From Promethearchaeota archaeon (lineage in GTDB: Archaea; Asgardarchaeota; Lokiarchaeia; Sigyniarchaeales; SOKP01): DNA of 64,000 nucleotides. Location: positions 8,130-72,129 of the forward strand of contig JBHLNS010000013.1 of the NCBI GenBank assembly GCA_048941285.1, in the 5' to 3' direction. Below, in pieces: positions 1 through 10,980 of the stretch. The notes beneath the pieces are model-generated. The model made no database searches. It had not been told where the DNA came from and worked only from the letters and a program-made list of their open reading frames with translations. Position 1 is the first letter of the stretch. Every line of letters starts with the position of its first letter. Both the position numbers and the translations under genes were made by a program.

Positions 1-312
1 TACAGCTCCTAATGAGATTAGATTACATTTTGTAATATAATTAATACATATCTTAATTTAAAGAGTATTAATATTGAATCTCTTATAGACTTAATAGCAA
101 ATTTAACTCTTTAAATGTTTACATGGGACAAGGAGATTTTTATTTATACATTTAAGTAAACTAATATCCAAATTAATGAATTTATCATAAAAAATAGAAG
201 AAAACTGGTTAAAATTTTTGTCAAAATTATAAAAATTCATGTATTAAAAAGTATTAAATCGATTTAATGCTTAACAAATACAAGGTGGTATAAACTGGTA
301 GATTATGTAAAT

Positions 313-1575
313 TTGGACTACAATCCAAGTGATAAAGATTTAATTGCAATGTATTATGTGGAGATTTCACCAGAATGTAGGAATTTACTTCATGCTTCTG
401 AAGAAATCGCAAAAGAAAGTTCGATTGGCACATGGACTGAAATTTCAACATTGTCACCTGAAATAGCAAAAAGACTTAAACCCTCAGTATTTTATGCGGA
501 CCCTAAAAAAAATATAATTAAGATCGCCTATACGAAAGAACTCTTTGAAGCAAATAATTTATCTCAAATTTTAAGTGCTATTGCTGGTAATATCTATGGT
601 ATGAAAGTTTTAAAGAATTTAAGATTATTAGATATAACTTTTCCAAAAGATATTGTTAATGCATATAAAGGTCCTAAATTTGGAATTGAAGGTATTAGTA
701 AATTAACAAATGTAACAGATAGACCTCTGCTTGGTACTATTGTAAAACCAAAAGTTGGCTTGACTGAAGTTGAGCATTCGAAGGTGTGCGGAAAAGCCTG
801 GAGTGGAGGATTAGATATAGTTAAAGATGATGAAAATTTAACAAATATGACCTTTAATAAGTTTGAGAAAAGGATAATAGAAACTTTAAAGATTCGGGAT
901 AAAATTGAAAGGGAAACTGGAGAAAAAAAGATTTATATGCCGAACATAACAGCACCTCTCAGTATTATGAAAAAGAGAGCTGATTTTGTACTAAAAAATG
1001 GTGGAGAATATATTATGGTAGATATCGTGACAATTGGATTCTCTGCCTTACAGGAAATTAGAGATTATCTTGAAGATAAAGATATTGTAATTCACGCACA
1101 CAGAGCAATGCATGCTGCTTTTACAAGAAATAAAAAACATGGTATGACAATGTTAGTATTAGCCAAATTAATGAGACTTCTTGGTATGGATCAACTTCAT
1201 ACTGGGACTATTGTGGGTAAAATGGAGGGAGAAAAGGATGAAGTTTTAGAAATTAATAGAGTTATTACCCAAAAAGTAATTACTGGGAATAATAAAACTC
1301 TATTATATCAAGATTGGGGTAATATTAAACCAATTCTACCTGTTGCTTCAGGAGGTTTAAGTCCATTGCATATTCCTGAATTGTTTAAAATCTTAGGTAA
1401 AGATATGGTTTATCAATTTGGAGGAGGATGCCATGGACACCCTATGGGAACTGAAGCAGGAGCAAGAGCAATAAGACAAGCTCTTGATGCTGCTATAGAT
1501 AACTTTGAATTAAAAGATTATGCAAAGAATAACATGGAATTAGCAATAGCTATTGAAAAATGGGGAAAGGAATAA
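313..1575 (+). CDS. rbcL: Ribulose-1,5-bisphosphate carboxylase, form III (archaeal)
   Basis: KPKVGL, GGLDIVKDDE (carbamylated Lys motif), HAHRAMH, HTGT, ASGG and FGGG motifs; 420 aa; TTG start. Confidence 0.95.
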   Translation: MDYNPSDKDLIAMYYVEISPECRNLLHASEEIAKESSIGTWTEISTLSPEIAKRLKPSVFYADPKKNIIKIAYTKELFEANNLSQILSAIAGNIYGMKVLKNLRLLDITFPKDIVNAYKGPKFGIEGISKLTNVTDRPLLGTIVKPKVGLTEVEHSKVCGKAWSGGLDIVKDDENLTNMTFNKFEKRIIETLKIRDKIERETGEKKIYMPNITAPLSIMKKRADFVLKNGGEYIMVDIVTIGFSALQEIRDYLEDKDIVIHAHRAMHAAFTRNKKHGMTMLVLAKLMRLLGMDQLHTGTIVGKMEGEKDEVLEINRVITQKVITGNNKTLLYQDWGNIKPILPVASGGLSPLHIPELFKILGKDMVYQFGGGCHGHPMGTEAGARAIRQALDAAIDNFELKDYAKNNMELAIAIEKWGKE

Positions 1576-1585
1576 TTAAGAGTAG

Positions 1586-2518
1586 TCATACCATTTCTGG
1601 ATAAAACTTCTCAAAGTAATTTGACACGTGGCTTGATGCAAAAATACCTGCTTCGGTAATTAAGCCATCTATATACCTTCTACTTACGGTTTCGAATGCC
1701 GGATTTAAAATTTCAATTCCGTTAGGTGGATCTTTCCATATCTCTTGAGGATCTCTCATCTCAATAACTTCCAATATTCCAAGGTTAGTTTCTGGATTAT
1801 ACTTTAATAGAGGAGATGCAACATAGAAAGGAACATGTTCTTCATGAGCTACCAATGCTAGTAATCTTGATCCAATCTTATTAATTATAGTGCCCTCAGA
1901 TGTTATGCTATCCGCTCCAATTAATATTAAATCTACTTGATAATGCCTTACAGCCCACCTCATAGCACTATCAATGACGTGAATAACCTCAATACCCGCT
2001 TTTAATAATTCATTTGCTGTCTTTCTACCTTGTAATCTAGGTTGTGTTTCTGTATTAATTACTTTGAAGACTTTACCTTGTCTTTTAGCCTCTAAGAGAA
2101 TACTTGTAACTAGACTCGAATGACAATGTGTCATCACCCGAAATTTTTGCCCCTTAGATGGAAAACGTCGCGCACCTATCTCCGCAATTCTTTGTTTCGA
2201 TGTTTGAAGCATATCATGATATAAATTCTTGTATTTTTCAATAATATCAGAAATATATTCAGTTATTATTGTATCTTTTTCTTTTTCTAATTTATTCATA
2301 ATAAATTTTAAACCATTTTTCATTGCAGGTTCAGTTGGTCTTGTATCTATTAAGATATCCATCGCTTCGTAAAGTTTCTCAAAACAAGTGTTAACATTTT
2401 CACATTTTAGTCTTTTGGCATAATTGCTTAAAAAACTGATAGCACTTATAGCTATATTACTTGCACCTTGTATCTCTAATGATTTTATGCTTTGAGCATC
2501 TTTTAATAATTCTTTCAT
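1586..2518 (-). CDS. Ribose-1,5-bisphosphate isomerase (eIF2B alpha/beta/delta family)
   Basis: IQGA, TRPTEP, THCHS, ETQP, GADSI, NKIGS and NPAFE motifs; convergent with form III RuBisCO. Confidence 0.88.
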   Translation of the reverse strand: MKELLKDAQSIKSLEIQGASNIAISAISFLSNYAKRLKCENVNTCFEKLYEAMDILIDTRPTEPAMKNGLKFIMNKLEKEKDTIITEYISDIIEKYKNLYHDMLQTSKQRIAEIGARRFPSKGQKFRVMTHCHSSLVTSILLEAKRQGKVFKVINTETQPRLQGRKTANELLKAGIEVIHVIDSAMRWAVRHYQVDLILIGADSITSEGTIINKIGSRLLALVAHEEHVPFYVASPLLKYNPETNLGILEVIEMRDPQEIWKDPPNGIEILNPAFETVSRRYIDGLITEAGIFASSHVSNYFEKFYPEMV

Positions 2519-2593
2519 GTGAGATTACCTCAATTATATTTTTAGGCAAATTAATTATAGATTTGTAGAATTTAATCTTATAGTAAAATTGTA

Positions 2594-2773
2594 TTATTCC
2601 TCCGAGAGATCTTCATTATCTAACTTATAATCCTCAGTGTCAATTTCAACAAAAAAACGACCTACATAACCACAAGAACACTCATACATATCCGGAGCAA
2701 GCCAACCTGAAACATTAACAGCGTTTTTTAAGTTTGGTTCTTTACATTTTGGACAAATTCTTATTTTTACCAT
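2594..2773 (-). CDS. Small zinc-ribbon protein, 59 aa, not in the ORF track
   Basis: Manual translation MVKIRICPKCKEPNLKNAVNVSGWLAPDMYECSCGYVGRFFVEIDTEDYKLDNEDLSEE*; CPKC...CSCGY cysteine pairs; acidic tail. Confidence 0.8.
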   Translation of the reverse strand: MVKIRICPKCKEPNLKNAVNVSGWLAPDMYECSCGYVGRFFVEIDTEDYKLDNEDLSEE

Positions 2774-2899
2774 AAATAAAGTTCAACTTAACTTGTTCGA
2801 TTTTTTTTAATTCTTTTTTAAAAAATTTACATTCTAAGTATAATTATAATTTATTACATTTTTAATTAGAGGATAATAAGTTATAAAAGTGGGGATATA

Positions 2900-3829
2900 A
2901 TGGTAAATGCAATAGTCACTAGAACTATTGGAATGGATTTTATTTATCTTGATTTAATATTCCTATCAATTTGGATCTTCTTTTTAATAAGAAAAAGGTA
3001 TTGGCTTTCGATTATTTGGGGTGTGTGTGGGTGGTTAATTTACATTTTTACAGATTATATATTATGGTATTTAATTACTCAAACAAGAAGCTATACTGGG
3101 CCCTTAGATCCATTAATATTTTTCTTATGGTTCTGCTTTTCACCCGGCTTTGTTCAATTTAGTTATGTTTTTGTCATGTTTGAGAAGAGAAATGTTAACG
3201 ATTTAATTATTTTTACATTGCTTTTCTATTTAGGATGGATTTTTGTGGGGTACGGTTCTGAATTAATACCTCTGGATGATAGACTTATTGAAGTCTCTAG
3301 AGATATGAATATAGCAAATCAACGTTTTAATGAAGTTATAATGGTCTTAATTAATATTGGAGTTGCACTAATTTTATATTTCAAAAAAAAATTGAGATTA
3401 GAAGATATTTTATATATCTTTTTAATAGGAACTTTAGTTGAGTTTTCTTTAGAATTTAGCTTAGCAATATCAGGCATACGCCAGGCACAAGGGGTATGGA
3501 CTTTAGAATTATTGATTATAAATACTCTTCTGGAATTCAATTTAGGTATTGTATTAATGTATTTATTATGGGCTTTCATTAAAATTAAAAAGTATGGTCA
3601 TTATTATTTTCAAATGAGTTACAAAGACATAAAACACATTAAAACAAATTTCGATGCTGTAGCATATATTTGTAATAACCAAACACTTATTGAGAAGCAT
3701 ATGGAAGAATATTCTAAGCTATATAAACTTAAAAATTTCTTATCAGATATTAAATACTATTGTATGACATACAGAACCGATTTTATCAAACAAGAATTAG
3801 AAAATGAAATAGTAATTTATTGGAATTAA
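2900..3829 (+). CDS. Multi-pass membrane protein of unknown function
   Basis: About 7 hydrophobic segments followed by a soluble C-terminal tail. Confidence 0.75.
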   Translation: MVNAIVTRTIGMDFIYLDLIFLSIWIFFLIRKRYWLSIIWGVCGWLIYIFTDYILWYLITQTRSYTGPLDPLIFFLWFCFSPGFVQFSYVFVMFEKRNVNDLIIFTLLFYLGWIFVGYGSELIPLDDRLIEVSRDMNIANQRFNEVIMVLINIGVALILYFKKKLRLEDILYIFLIGTLVEFSLEFSLAISGIRQAQGVWTLELLIINTLLEFNLGIVLMYLLWAFIKIKKYGHYYFQMSYKDIKHIKTNFDAVAYICNNQTLIEKHMEEYSKLYKLKNFLSDIKYYCMTYRTDFIKQELENEIVIYWN

Positions 3830-3949
3830 TTCTGTTTTGCTTTTACTATGGGATTTTCTAGTATAATAATAAAGTATTAATCTCTATTAATATAAATGTA
3901 TAATAGGCTTAATTTATCAATATTAAAGGTCCAAATAATCCCATAGAAG

Positions 3950-5773
3950 ATGTCTAACTTACAATTACAAAGAAAGAGTTTACCAAATGAACCTGGGGTT
4001 TACTTATTTCTTGACAGTAAAAATACAGTTATTTATATAGGAAAAGCTTTAAATCTCAGAAAGAGAGTTAATCAATATTTTACAAAATCCCATTACAACG
4101 ATCCTTATTATGAAGAAAAAATCAATGAACTGGTAAAGCACATCCATTCTATTGAATATATTGTAACCGAAAATGAGAAAGAAGCATTGCTCTTAGAAAA
4201 TATCCAGATTAAGAAGCATCTTCCTCGTTATAATGTGATTATGAGGGACTCCAAGACTTATCCTTGGGTTGCCATTTTTTATTCTGAAGATTTTCCCAGA
4301 ATTCGTGTCCTTAGAAACCCCGAAAAATATTCCCAAGATAATCTATTCCTAGGGCCATACACGGATAAAAAAGAAATCATAAGAATTTTAAGAGATTTAA
4401 GAAAAATTTTTCCCTATTGTTCATGTAAGAAACCAATTAGGAGAAGAAAGAGACCTTGCTTATATTATCAATTAAAACTATGTCCAGGCCCATGTTTTGC
4501 TATGATAATAAAAAAGGAATATAGAGATAATGTCAAAAAGATTGAATTGTTTTTAAGAGGGGAAACGAGTGAGTTGAAAAAACAAATAAAGGAAAAAATG
4601 GCTTTAGCGGCAGATGAACAAGAATTTGAAATAGCTGCCTTTTGGAGAGATAAATTATTAGATATTGATCATGCAACAGATCAACAACATGTGTTTTTAA
4701 ATCATGATGCAAATAAGGACATCATTGGACATTATTCTGCGAACAATTATATGGCAATGGTTCTAATCCATATCAGAGAAGGTAGGATAACAAATAAAAA
4801 TTCCTTTGATTTTGATTTAAGAGAAAAACTAATTCTCAAACAAGAGTTATTTTCTTCTATTTTAGAGCAATATTATCAAGAGTTTAAAACACAATTACCG
4901 AATGTAATTATTATTTCTGAATTAAATAAAAGATTTGAGATTCTTATCAAATATTTGAAGAGTTTAAAAGCAGAAATACTAATAAGGCCTCCAAACGATG
5001 ATTTTGAAGAAAGTTTGATTCGCATTGCAAATAAAAATGCTAAAGTAATGGTTAATCAGCGCATTCAAATGGAAAAGATCAAAATGGATGAAGGAGACTT
5101 TAGAGAGGAAATTCTGAGAGAAGCTAAAAAAGTATTAGATTTACCAAAAGACCCTAGAATTATAGAAGGTTTTGATATTTCTAATATCGAAGGTACTGAC
5201 GCAACAGGTTCTATGGTTTATTTTTTGGACGCAAAACCATACAATAAAAACTATAGACATTTTAAAATAAGGTCAAAATCTACTCCTGATGATGTCGCTA
5301 TGATGAGAGAAGTCTTAAAAAGAAGATACAATTTTCTATTAAAGAGAAATCTAGAACTTCCTGATTTAATTCTAATTGATGGCGGAAAAGGACAATTGAA
5401 TGCAGGAATTTCAGTTTTACAAGAGTTAGGTCTCAATATTCCTATCATCGGATTAGCAAAAAAAAATGAAGAAATTTACTTGCCAAATAAGAAAGAACCT
5501 ATTATTCTAGCAAAAAATTCCCCATTGCTAAAATTATTTCAAAGAATAAGAGATGAAGCTCATCGTTTCGCAGTAAGACTTCATAAAAAACAAAGAAAAA
5601 GTCGAATATCGGGGTCAATTTTAGATGAAATTGAAGGAATTGGCCCAATCACTAGAAATAAATTACTTAACCACTTTGGAAGTATAGATAATATCAAAAA
5701 AGCTACCTTAAAAGAATTATCAGAAATAGTGAGAAAGGATTTAGCCGAAAGAATTTTAAAAGAGTTGAATTAG
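3950..5773 (+). CDS. uvrC: Excinuclease ABC subunit C
   Basis: GIY-YIG (PGVY..YIGKA), UVR domain, EGFDIS, LIDGGKGQ, QRIRDEAHRFA, C-terminal HhH. Confidence 0.97.
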   Translation: MSNLQLQRKSLPNEPGVYLFLDSKNTVIYIGKALNLRKRVNQYFTKSHYNDPYYEEKINELVKHIHSIEYIVTENEKEALLLENIQIKKHLPRYNVIMRDSKTYPWVAIFYSEDFPRIRVLRNPEKYSQDNLFLGPYTDKKEIIRILRDLRKIFPYCSCKKPIRRRKRPCLYYQLKLCPGPCFAMIIKKEYRDNVKKIELFLRGETSELKKQIKEKMALAADEQEFEIAAFWRDKLLDIDHATDQQHVFLNHDANKDIIGHYSANNYMAMVLIHIREGRITNKNSFDFDLREKLILKQELFSSILEQYYQEFKTQLPNVIIISELNKRFEILIKYLKSLKAEILIRPPNDDFEESLIRIANKNAKVMVNQRIQMEKIKMDEGDFREEILREAKKVLDLPKDPRIIEGFDISNIEGTDATGSMVYFLDAKPYNKNYRHFKIRSKSTPDDVAMMREVLKRRYNFLLKRNLELPDLILIDGGKGQLNAGISVLQELGLNIPIIGLAKKNEEIYLPNKKEPIILAKNSPLLKLFQRIRDEAHRFAVRLHKKQRKSRISGSILDEIEGIGPITRNKLLNHFGSIDNIKKATLKELSEIVRKDLAERILKELN

Positions 5774-5886
5774 AGGATATCATACACCTTAGAAATCCCA
5801 ATATTGCTTTAATGCAAGATTAACCTTTGACATTTTTAACAATTTTAATTAATTTCAATTTAATAGTAAAAAAAAAAAATTATATA

Positions 5887-7143
5887 TTATAAATTATCAC
5901 TCTTTATCCTCGATAATACTGCAAATATTATTATTAATACACCTAATAGTATAAACGTTATATTTAAATTCCACATCACCAGGTATCCAACGAAAGGGTA
6001 AAGAATTGCTCTTATAAGACTCGCTATCATGTTTATTGCACTTATAACTGTAGCTCTGTTTTCTGTTTCAATTTGTTGATTTATGCCCTTAACAAATATC
6101 AAACTCCTTGAAAATCCAAAACCAATAACAATGAGAATTAAAGGAATGCTCACTGGAAGATATTGGATTAGTGCCATTAAAATAAAGGCCATACCTGGGA
6201 TTATTGTATATATTCTAAGGAACCTTCTCTTGTTATAGATTTTGTTTTCTAAAGTTGGAAGGATATTGTTAAAGAGAATTTGCACCAGTGTCATTGACAT
6301 ACTTACAAATCCAAAGAATATTAATTGAAAATTTAATGCTTCAAGGTAGACTTGATAGGTCCATATTAAGAAAAACACTAAAGCCTCTGTTATCACCATT
6401 TCGATAGCTAGTAATCTTAATATCTTATTGGTTGTGAGCTCTTTAATCCCAGATTTTACAATTGTCAAATACTTGTCATTTTTCTTTTTTATCAAGTCAT
6501 GATTAGGCTCCTTTAAAGTTAATGATATTATCGTTGCTATTATAAATGGTACAAATATAAGACTCATTACAAGATTCAATGAAAAATATGCACCAATGAT
6601 CGATCCAACTGGCGCTGAAATTGCTATACCAAGCAAGCTAAAACTACGATTTCTTGCCATAACTTTAGAAATTTCGTTTTCTCTTCCAAGTTTTCTCAGT
6701 GTGTCGTAAATAAATGCCATATTGGTCCCTGATGTTAAAGCAGCTCCTAAAGCCCATAAAGTCTCACCAATAGTAAAAATGATAATACTTGGATAACTTC
6801 CATAAATCAATCCAGCAAATGCAGTTGTCAAGGCTCCTAAAATTAGTGAAAATTTCCTACTTATGTAATCTGCTATCGCACCACAAGGAATCTCAAATAC
6901 TAATATCATAATTGTAAAATAACTTTGTAAGAACATTACTTCTAGAAATGTTAATCTACCCCACGTCAAGAAAAATGGTAATAGAATTCCTGAGATCAGA
7001 TGAAATCCCTCTATAAAACTAATCAAATATGATTTCCATATGTTCGCTCTCCACTTCTCTAAATTTTCATGAGAGACTTTACTTTCTAACTCTAAGGAAG
7101 ATTCGAGTATTTCTTCTTGAGTTAATTCCTTTAATTCTGACAT
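5887..7143 (-). CDS. MFS transporter (putative efflux)
   Basis: About 12 TM segments; FEIPCGAIADYISRK motif A; RATVIS. Confidence 0.9.
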   Translation of the reverse strand: MSELKELTQEEILESSLELESKVSHENLEKWRANIWKSYLISFIEGFHLISGILLPFFLTWGRLTFLEVMFLQSYFTIMILVFEIPCGAIADYISRKFSLILGALTTAFAGLIYGSYPSIIIFTIGETLWALGAALTSGTNMAFIYDTLRKLGRENEISKVMARNRSFSLLGIAISAPVGSIIGAYFSLNLVMSLIFVPFIIATIISLTLKEPNHDLIKKKNDKYLTIVKSGIKELTTNKILRLLAIEMVITEALVFFLIWTYQVYLEALNFQLIFFGFVSMSMTLVQILFNNILPTLENKIYNKRRFLRIYTIIPGMAFILMALIQYLPVSIPLILIVIGFGFSRSLIFVKGINQQIETENRATVISAINMIASLIRAILYPFVGYLVMWNLNITFILLGVLIIIFAVLSRIKSDNL

Positions 7144-7622
7144 TTTTTAACCTATTTTATTTATTTTTTTCTATTTTTTATTAAATTATCAAAAAAACAC
7201 ATTTAGAATCTCATTTAGAAAGATATTAGATTCTGGGTTTACTAAATTAACTCTAGAGTCCTGGAATTTTGTCAAAAATACGAAAGCGAATAAAGAGTAA
7301 AGATATTCAATGCTAAAAAGTATAAGATAAGGTTCGGCGTGTTGTTGATTTCTATGTTTTTATAAGGATAATGTAGTAGGGAAATATGATACAAGCCCTA
7401 AAAACATCATTACCATGATAATTTTTTCACAATACGGATAGTGAACTAGCAAATCTCCTCTGTTAGTTCGAATCCAATAGTTTTTTTTCATTATCATGAT
7501 ATAATCAACAAATATGTTTAATAAAACTATATTATTCTTAAACTTATAAATTTTATGGGGATTTTGCATTATTTAATGAAGGTTAAAAAGAAAATGGGAA
7601 AATAATGGGAATAACTAAAAAC

Positions 7623-9050
7623 TTAATATGAAATAATTAACCTTATAAGCTCTGCTGTTGCTTCACAATACACTCTAGCTAGTGATTCTCTTTTTGCTTC
7701 GCTTATAACTCTGATTAATCGTTCTGTATTTGATGGATGAATAAGAACAAACCAATCCTTTCCATGACCAAATTTAAGATCATTTTGAATTTGATCTACT
7801 TCTTCCCCTTCCTTCTGCAATTCAGATTTCAACTTTTTAATTAGTAATTCAATATCGATGTCTTTAATACTGATTCTTATTCGATGGGAATAGTATTTAG
7901 GAAGCTCTGAAACCAACTGAGAGATCCTTTTTCCAGTTTTCACCATTATTTCTATAATTTTTGTTGCAGCAAAAATCCCATCCCTAGTATTATTGAAATA
8001 TGGAAACATAAAACCTCCACATGAACCTTCTCCTCCAAAAACTAAACGATTTTGTGATGAATCTGAAATTAATTCATTCATTTTTTCAGTTAAAAAACGT
8101 TCACCAATGGGGGTTCTTAAAACTTTCGCATTGTATTTTTCTGCTATTGCATCAAATCTTAATGAAGATGCTAAATTAGTAACAAAAAAAACCTCCTTGT
8201 TTTTAATATCCTGATTTTTTAAATAATAATCTGTAATTATAGCTAAGCCTATATCTTCGGGATAGCATTCTCCATTTTCCCCAATAATTGCAAGTCTATC
8301 CGCATCTGAATCATGAGCAAATCCAATATCATATTTTCCTTGCCAAACTTCCATTATTAAATCTCTTAGATTCTCTTTAATTGGTTCGATTTCTCTGGGA
8401 AAATCTTTATTCGCAAGCAACTTATTATTGATAAGTTTTACCTCGCATCCCAGTTCAGTTAAAACTTTAGGAGTTACATTTTTTCCAGCACCTGCCCCCG
8501 AATCAACAACTACTCTAAGCTTATTTTTTCCTTTAATCTCTAAAAGATCAATGTGTTTAAATAAATCTTGAATATAGTCTATAATTGGGTTTAAATTTCT
8601 AACATTCTGTTCAGAACTTAATTGAATTGCTTCATAGGAATTCAAATCTATGTTCTCCAAATATATTGAAATTATTTCTAAATCGTCAGTGCCTAGAAAT
8701 GTTTCCTTGGATAATAATTTTAAGCCATTCCACTCTTGAGGGTTATGAGATCCTGTAATAATAATACCAGCAGGGATATTTAACTTGTTTTTTAAATGGA
8801 TTATTACAGGTGTAGGGCAAACTCCAAGATTTATTATTTCAAAACCAGATATAATTAGCCCTTCAATTATTCCTTGTTCGATTAAGATACTACTTGGTCT
8901 AGTATCTCTACCTATAACTACTTTTTTATCTCCACCATCAATGAATAATCCAAATGCAATTGCAATTTTTTTAACAATATCAAATTTAAGATCCTTCTCA
9001 ACATGACCTCTAATGCCGCTTAAAGTGAAGATTAAATTACGTTGTTCCAT
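7623..9050 (-). CDS. Phosphohexomutase (PGM/PMM/GlmM family)
   Basis: GRDTR, TGSHNP phosphoserine loop, DSDADR metal loop, GEGS, HPSNTE. Confidence 0.92.
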   Translation of the reverse strand: MEQRNLIFTLSGIRGHVEKDLKFDIVKKIAIAFGLFIDGGDKKVVIGRDTRPSSILIEQGIIEGLIISGFEIINLGVCPTPVIIHLKNKLNIPAGIIITGSHNPQEWNGLKLLSKETFLGTDDLEIISIYLENIDLNSYEAIQLSSEQNVRNLNPIIDYIQDLFKHIDLLEIKGKNKLRVVVDSGAGAGKNVTPKVLTELGCEVKLINNKLLANKDFPREIEPIKENLRDLIMEVWQGKYDIGFAHDSDADRLAIIGENGECYPEDIGLAIITDYYLKNQDIKNKEVFFVTNLASSLRFDAIAEKYNAKVLRTPIGERFLTEKMNELISDSSQNRLVFGGEGSCGGFMFPYFNNTRDGIFAATKIIEIMVKTGKRISQLVSELPKYYSHRIRISIKDIDIELLIKKLKSELQKEGEEVDQIQNDLKFGHGKDWFVLIHPSNTERLIRVISEAKRESLARVYCEATAELIRLIISY

Positions 9051-9063
9051 TTTTTTGAATTTA

Positions 9064-10077
9064 TTATGAAATTATTTTATTATTCTCCAATTTATATTTA
9101 ACAAGAGCTAATGCTCCTCTTAATCCAATTTCATCTTTAAATTTTGTCAACTTTATTATTGGTGGATGATTGAGTGTAAAGCGAATAGGATCATTCTCAA
9201 ACTGCTCTTTTAATGGAGGAATTATTTGATCTTTATCATTCATCATAGCTCCTCCAAAATAGATTGAAACACAATCATAGTAATTATTAACTAATCCTAC
9301 TCCTACTTTTGTATAAAATATACAATCTTGAACTATTTTATTAGATAATTCATCTCCTTTCTTAGCCGCCTGAAATATTTCTTTTGCAGTCATTTTAGAC
9401 CTGTCATGATCAATAATTTGCATTAATATCTTCGCGTTTAACTCCCCCTCATCTAGAGCATCTAAGGTTCTATTTCGAACCCCTGTTCCAGAACTATACG
9501 CTTCCCAACAACCAAATGCTCCACAATTACATCTAGCCTTACTTTTTGGCTCAACTAATGCATGACCAATTTCTGCTGCGTTACCCTCTTTTCCAAGCAG
9601 AAGATGTCCACTGCAAATCACACCACCACCTATTCCTGTTGACATTGTAATATACACTAAATTATCTCTTTCTTCCTCTTCTGCTTCAAAGAAGTGTATA
9701 CCTAACACACTACCATTGCAATCGTTTATAAAATATATCGGAATTTTTGGGAATTTTTGTTTAATTGGATCTTTTAGAGGAATTTGTCTAAAACCTAGAT
9801 TAGCATTATTGAATACCTCTCCTTTTTCCATATCTAAAGGACCTGCTGTAGCTATCCCCATCCCTAAAACTTGATCACTTTCAATATTATTTTCAGAAAG
9901 CAAATCCGTTAGCATGTGACATACAGAATTACTAATTGAATATTTATTTTCTTTTAATGTTCTTGTTGTTTTTTTTACTATATTTTTTTCATTTAGATCT
10001 GCTGTGCAGATAGCGACTCGTACCCACGTACCTCCGATATCAACCCCTGCTAAGAATTTTTTATCCACTCTTATCAT
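9064..10077 (-). CDS. ROK-family sugar kinase (glucokinase-like)
   Basis: GVDIGGT, NDCN, STGIGGG, EIGH, CxCGxxGCWE. Confidence 0.93.
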   Translation of the reverse strand: MIRVDKKFLAGVDIGGTWVRVAICTADLNEKNIVKKTTRTLKENKYSISNSVCHMLTDLLSENNIESDQVLGMGIATAGPLDMEKGEVFNNANLGFRQIPLKDPIKQKFPKIPIYFINDCNGSVLGIHFFEAEEEERDNLVYITMSTGIGGGVICSGHLLLGKEGNAAEIGHALVEPKSKARCNCGAFGCWEAYSSGTGVRNRTLDALDEGELNAKILMQIIDHDRSKMTAKEIFQAAKKGDELSNKIVQDCIFYTKVGVGLVNNYYDCVSIYFGGAMMNDKDQIIPPLKEQFENDPIRFTLNHPPIIKLTKFKDEIGLRGALALVKYKLENNKIIS

Positions 10078-10173
10078 GCATTTACACTTTTTTTGCTTTC
10101 CTTAACCTCTTAATAATATAAATATTTCAAATACTTCAAATTATTATTATAGAAATAAAAGTCTTTCTGTAGT

Positions 10174-10971
10174 TCAGTATACATTTATTTCTATTTTATC
10201 ATCATCGATTATCTCCTTAAAAATGGTGGCTATCTCCCTTTTCCTCCCATCATCAATTGAAAAAACAAAATACTCTGCTGGAATTCTAGCAGTCGAATAA
10301 ATTTGAATTATATCTGGTTTTATGCTTTTTAATGCCTGAGCTAAATCAAAAATATTTGTAGAATTATTGTTAGGTATAAAATTTTCTTCGTAAGAATTAA
10401 AAATTAAACACTGAATAGCTAATTTATTTTTTTTAGGCATTTCTTGTTTTAGTTTAATTAATGATTCAATGATAATTTCAATATTAGGAGTGTCACGATG
10501 AGGGCGGTTTGTTCTCTTAAAATCACCACTATTACCAGCATCTAATTTTGCGAGAACTAACTCGAATTGCTTGACACTTTCTCTTACTCTATCTATATAT
10601 AAAGTACTAGAATTTGTAAATAACGTAAGGTTGGGTTTTTTGTTCGTCCAAATTAATTCATTCCTTACATCCAATGCGATTTTAAGGAAATCCAGTAAAT
10701 TTTCATTCAAAGTCGGTTCACCATTATATCCGAACGTTATTGAGTCCAAATGCGGAACATATTTCAAAATCGAAAGCAGTTCTTTACGGAAATTAATAGA
10801 TGGAGGCAAATTTATTTTGTAATTAGGAGATACCAAATTTTCTTTTTTAGTTAATCCAATTTCACAATATACGCAATTATATGTACATAATTTATAATCA
10901 GCTAACACGTTTACCCCTAAAGACAGACCCAATCGCCTGGATTGAAAAGGACCATATGTATATTTGCGCAT
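10174..10971 (-). CDS. Radical SAM protein
   Basis: GPFQSRRLGLSLG, CTYNCVYC, GEPTL. Confidence 0.9.
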   Translation of the reverse strand: MRKYTYGPFQSRRLGLSLGVNVLADYKLCTYNCVYCEIGLTKKENLVSPNYKINLPPSINFRKELLSILKYVPHLDSITFGYNGEPTLNENLLDFLKIALDVRNELIWTNKKPNLTLFTNSSTLYIDRVRESVKQFELVLAKLDAGNSGDFKRTNRPHRDTPNIEIIIESLIKLKQEMPKKNKLAIQCLIFNSYEENFIPNNNSTNIFDLAQALKSIKPDIIQIYSTARIPAEYFVFSIDDGRKREIATIFKEIIDDDKIEINVY

Positions 10972-10980
10972 TTTATATAA

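Noticed and set aside
1-57. Possible 5' end of a minus-strand gene (…KCNLISLGAV, beta-CASP-like)
   Set aside because: Too short and no standard start codon; cannot be supported
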